From Geosiphon pyriformis uo1 (lineage: Eukaryota > Fungi > Glomeromycota), in NCBI GenBank assembly GCA_016748015.1, contig JAAOMT010000480.1:930001-994000 (forward strand): 64,000 nt of DNA. The letters are read 5' to 3'. The stretch's first letter is position 1, and each line of letters opens with the position of its first letter. The position numbers and the translations under genes were made by a program. Under the pieces are notes generated by a model. The model saw nothing but the letters and a program-made list of their open reading frames with translations, made no database searches and was not told the origin of the DNA. This document shows positions 61,810 to 64,000 of this stretch, piece by piece.

Positions 61810-63065
61810 TGATCCAAATATTCTTGCATTTTTTCGAGAGAATTAAAAATTCTAAAAAAGCGCCCCCCCTCCCCACGATGCTTTTTTAAGAACATTTCCT
61901 TAGGGACCGTTTAAAGAAAAGTGTGGGCAAATGGTCTTTCATGCTTGTCCTTTTTTCGAAACGAAATAACATGAGAAGTTTGGTAATGATGAACAAATTG
62001 TTTGTCTAGTGAATGGATTTAAGATTATCTAAAAGATATATTTTTTGTTTATATGCGAATTGGTGATCTGAGAATTTTTAGATAAACATCATATTTCATT
62101 TCTCGAAAAAAAAAAAAAATTTATTCATACTTTGATGAATGAAAAACGCTCGCGTACATAATCGCTTTAAGTATAGCATATAAAAAAAATTTTCAAGATT
62201 TTGATTTTTTTTTTGTTCCAGGGTAACTAGAAAATCTTTGCATTATACTATAGGTTTCTGAAAATGTTTAATGATAATTGTTAAAAAATATTTTTTAGAA
62301 TTCTTTACACGAAATATTCCGTATTTGAAACAATATTACTGCTTGGTATAAATCAAAAGGTCAGAAATGACAGTTTTTAATAGTTTCATTTTCAAAATAA
62401 TCATGCAAGTTTCTATCTACCAGTTTTGAGTCAATTATAAATATTAGCCAATAGGATTGGAAAAGAATTTGATAAAAATTCCTAATAAGAGTGTGTCTTG
62501 AACTTGAAAAATCCTCTGTAGTTCCCTTGGTTACGCAAATGACAAGAAAATTGAATCTTTTGACTATGTGAAAGATTTCTAAAGTAACTTTCGTAATCTT
62601 ATTTTGTAAAAGTAAGAAAAATCTAAATTTTTGAACTTTTGCGGATGATTAGAAACCTTCGGATAATAAAATTTCTCCGAATTCACTTCCAAATCAATGT
62701 AATCTCACTAATCAACTAATCATGAAATTTGCTTAGGGACAGGATCTTTCTTGTGATCCGATTCATTTCAAATTTTTATCTTCCAAAAGATAAACCATAA
62801 ATTCCTTTAATAAACAATAGAATTTTCTAAACCCAAAAGAGCTTCCATTATACCAATAAAATTTGTTTCACTTCTTTGCTTGGGATAGAGTTCAACACCT
62901 TTTCAAGTGATTCGTGATGATAACTTGAAATTAGACTTGATTAAGTTCAGCAAAAACTAAAGTAAAATTTTTTATTAAAGGTTAGCAAGCCAATTAATTT
63001 ATTCATGGGGACTACCGTTAATCCGAAGTATTAATTTAAATAGTGATCTTTTAGACAAACAAAAT

Positions 63066-63072
63066 ATTATTA

Positions 63073-63152
<80 letters not shown>
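63066..63152. repeat. (ATT)n microsatellite
   Basis: Over 25 units. Confidence 0.95.
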
Positions 63153-63204
63153 GTAGTCATTACCTTAGTTTTTATTTACAAAAAAACCTTATTTAAAATA
63201 TATT

Positions 63205-63525
63205 GAAGAAGATAACGCTCCTCCAATTCACAAGTACAAGCTTGTAAAGAACTCCAAGGTAATCTTGAATTTGTAACTTTGGAATGGCTTTCACAATTCT
63301 CATATTTTAGTTTAATAGAAAACATGTGGCGGGAAGTTAAAATTTCGATTTACTAGAACCGAAAGCCACGAATAGGAGCTCGTTTATCCAAAGAAAACTT
63401 TGTGGAGACAATATTTACTGCGTGGAACGCTATTCTATTAGAGATAATTTTTTAATTTATTGACTCAATGACAAAATGTGCTAAAGAAGTTATTAAAAAG
63501 AAAGTGGTATGCGACCCATTTAGTA
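63205..63525 (+). mobile_element. Degenerate Tc1/mariner transposase C-terminal (DDE) fragment
   Basis: EEDNAPPIH (cf. QDNAPxH), LEWLSQFSYFSLIENMWREVK (cf. WPxxSPDLNPIENLW), AWNAI, IDSM..VIK. Confidence 0.75.
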
Positions 63526-64000
63526 GACGTTTGTTTCTCAATAATGAAGTCCTAGTTCGTAAAATACGCAGATCTTACTCATGAGGATAAAACACTAGGG
63601 GTTTTAAGGTTAAGGAAGAAAAATTATTAAAATCCATAAATAAAGCAGTTTGAATCGGGCTAAATTAAAATTTTATTATTGTTAAGAGTTTTGAAAGAGG
63701 ATATCTGCCTCTATCTGAATCGATTGATAATAGTTATTGTCACTCAAAATTTTTAGTGAGGGAATCAGCGAGACTTTTATCCTCAACATAAGACTTATCG
63801 TTTATTAATTAAAATGTTTCGTAGCGATGGATTTTCTCTTCACAAAAGTCTTCAATAGATATCTGTTTGACTGGGATATTTGTTTTGGCTGTCAGTTATT
63901 ATGAATTTAATTCCGACTTCAACGTTAAAAATTATAAAAAAAGCGAAAATTTCAGCTTTAATTCATATTTTTTAAAAGCAAAGCTAAAGGATAAGATTAG

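Noticed and set aside
61628-61889. Poly-Asn/poly-Leu ORFs
   Set aside because: Translations of (TAT)n/(CAT)n microsatellites on both strands
1-64000. CRISPR arrays, rRNA, tRNA, prokaryotic operons or endosymbiont inserts
   Set aside because: No regularly spaced repeat-spacer arrays, no recognisable structural RNA sequences, and most genes carry spliceosomal introns

Overview
Very AT-rich, intron-containing eukaryotic DNA. The gene repertoire (tyrosine-kinase-like kinases with HRDLHxGN, an F-box protein, a class-3 lipase-like protein, Tc1 relics, short GT-AG introns) points to a Glomeromycotina (arbuscular-mycorrhizal-type) fungus; this is an inference. Manual splicing gives about 16 apparently intact genes, several absent from or only fragmentary in the ORF track: a cytochrome P450, a TKL kinase, a HIT/HINT hydrolase, an Hsp20, an F-box protein, an Hva1/DUF2945-Tudor-like protein (GC-AG intron plus 7-nt microexon), a secreted lipase-3 pseudoenzyme, a secreted Cys-rich/Ig-like protein, two coiled-coil proteins sharing an unnamed domain, and a helical protein with a Gly-rich hydrophobic hairpin. 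There are also about 5 pseudogenes and 4 Tc1/mariner transposase relics plus a pogo-like end. The most striking unexplained structure is two uncharacterised membrane-protein families. Family B has about 5 TM segments and five highly diverged copies; four share identical intron positions, and all share the motifs [DE]xxx[RK] and G|[KG]E. Family A has 4 TM segments and two copies. A and B genes sit next to each other at both ends of the window. All gene models were spliced by eye and need RNA-seq confirmation.
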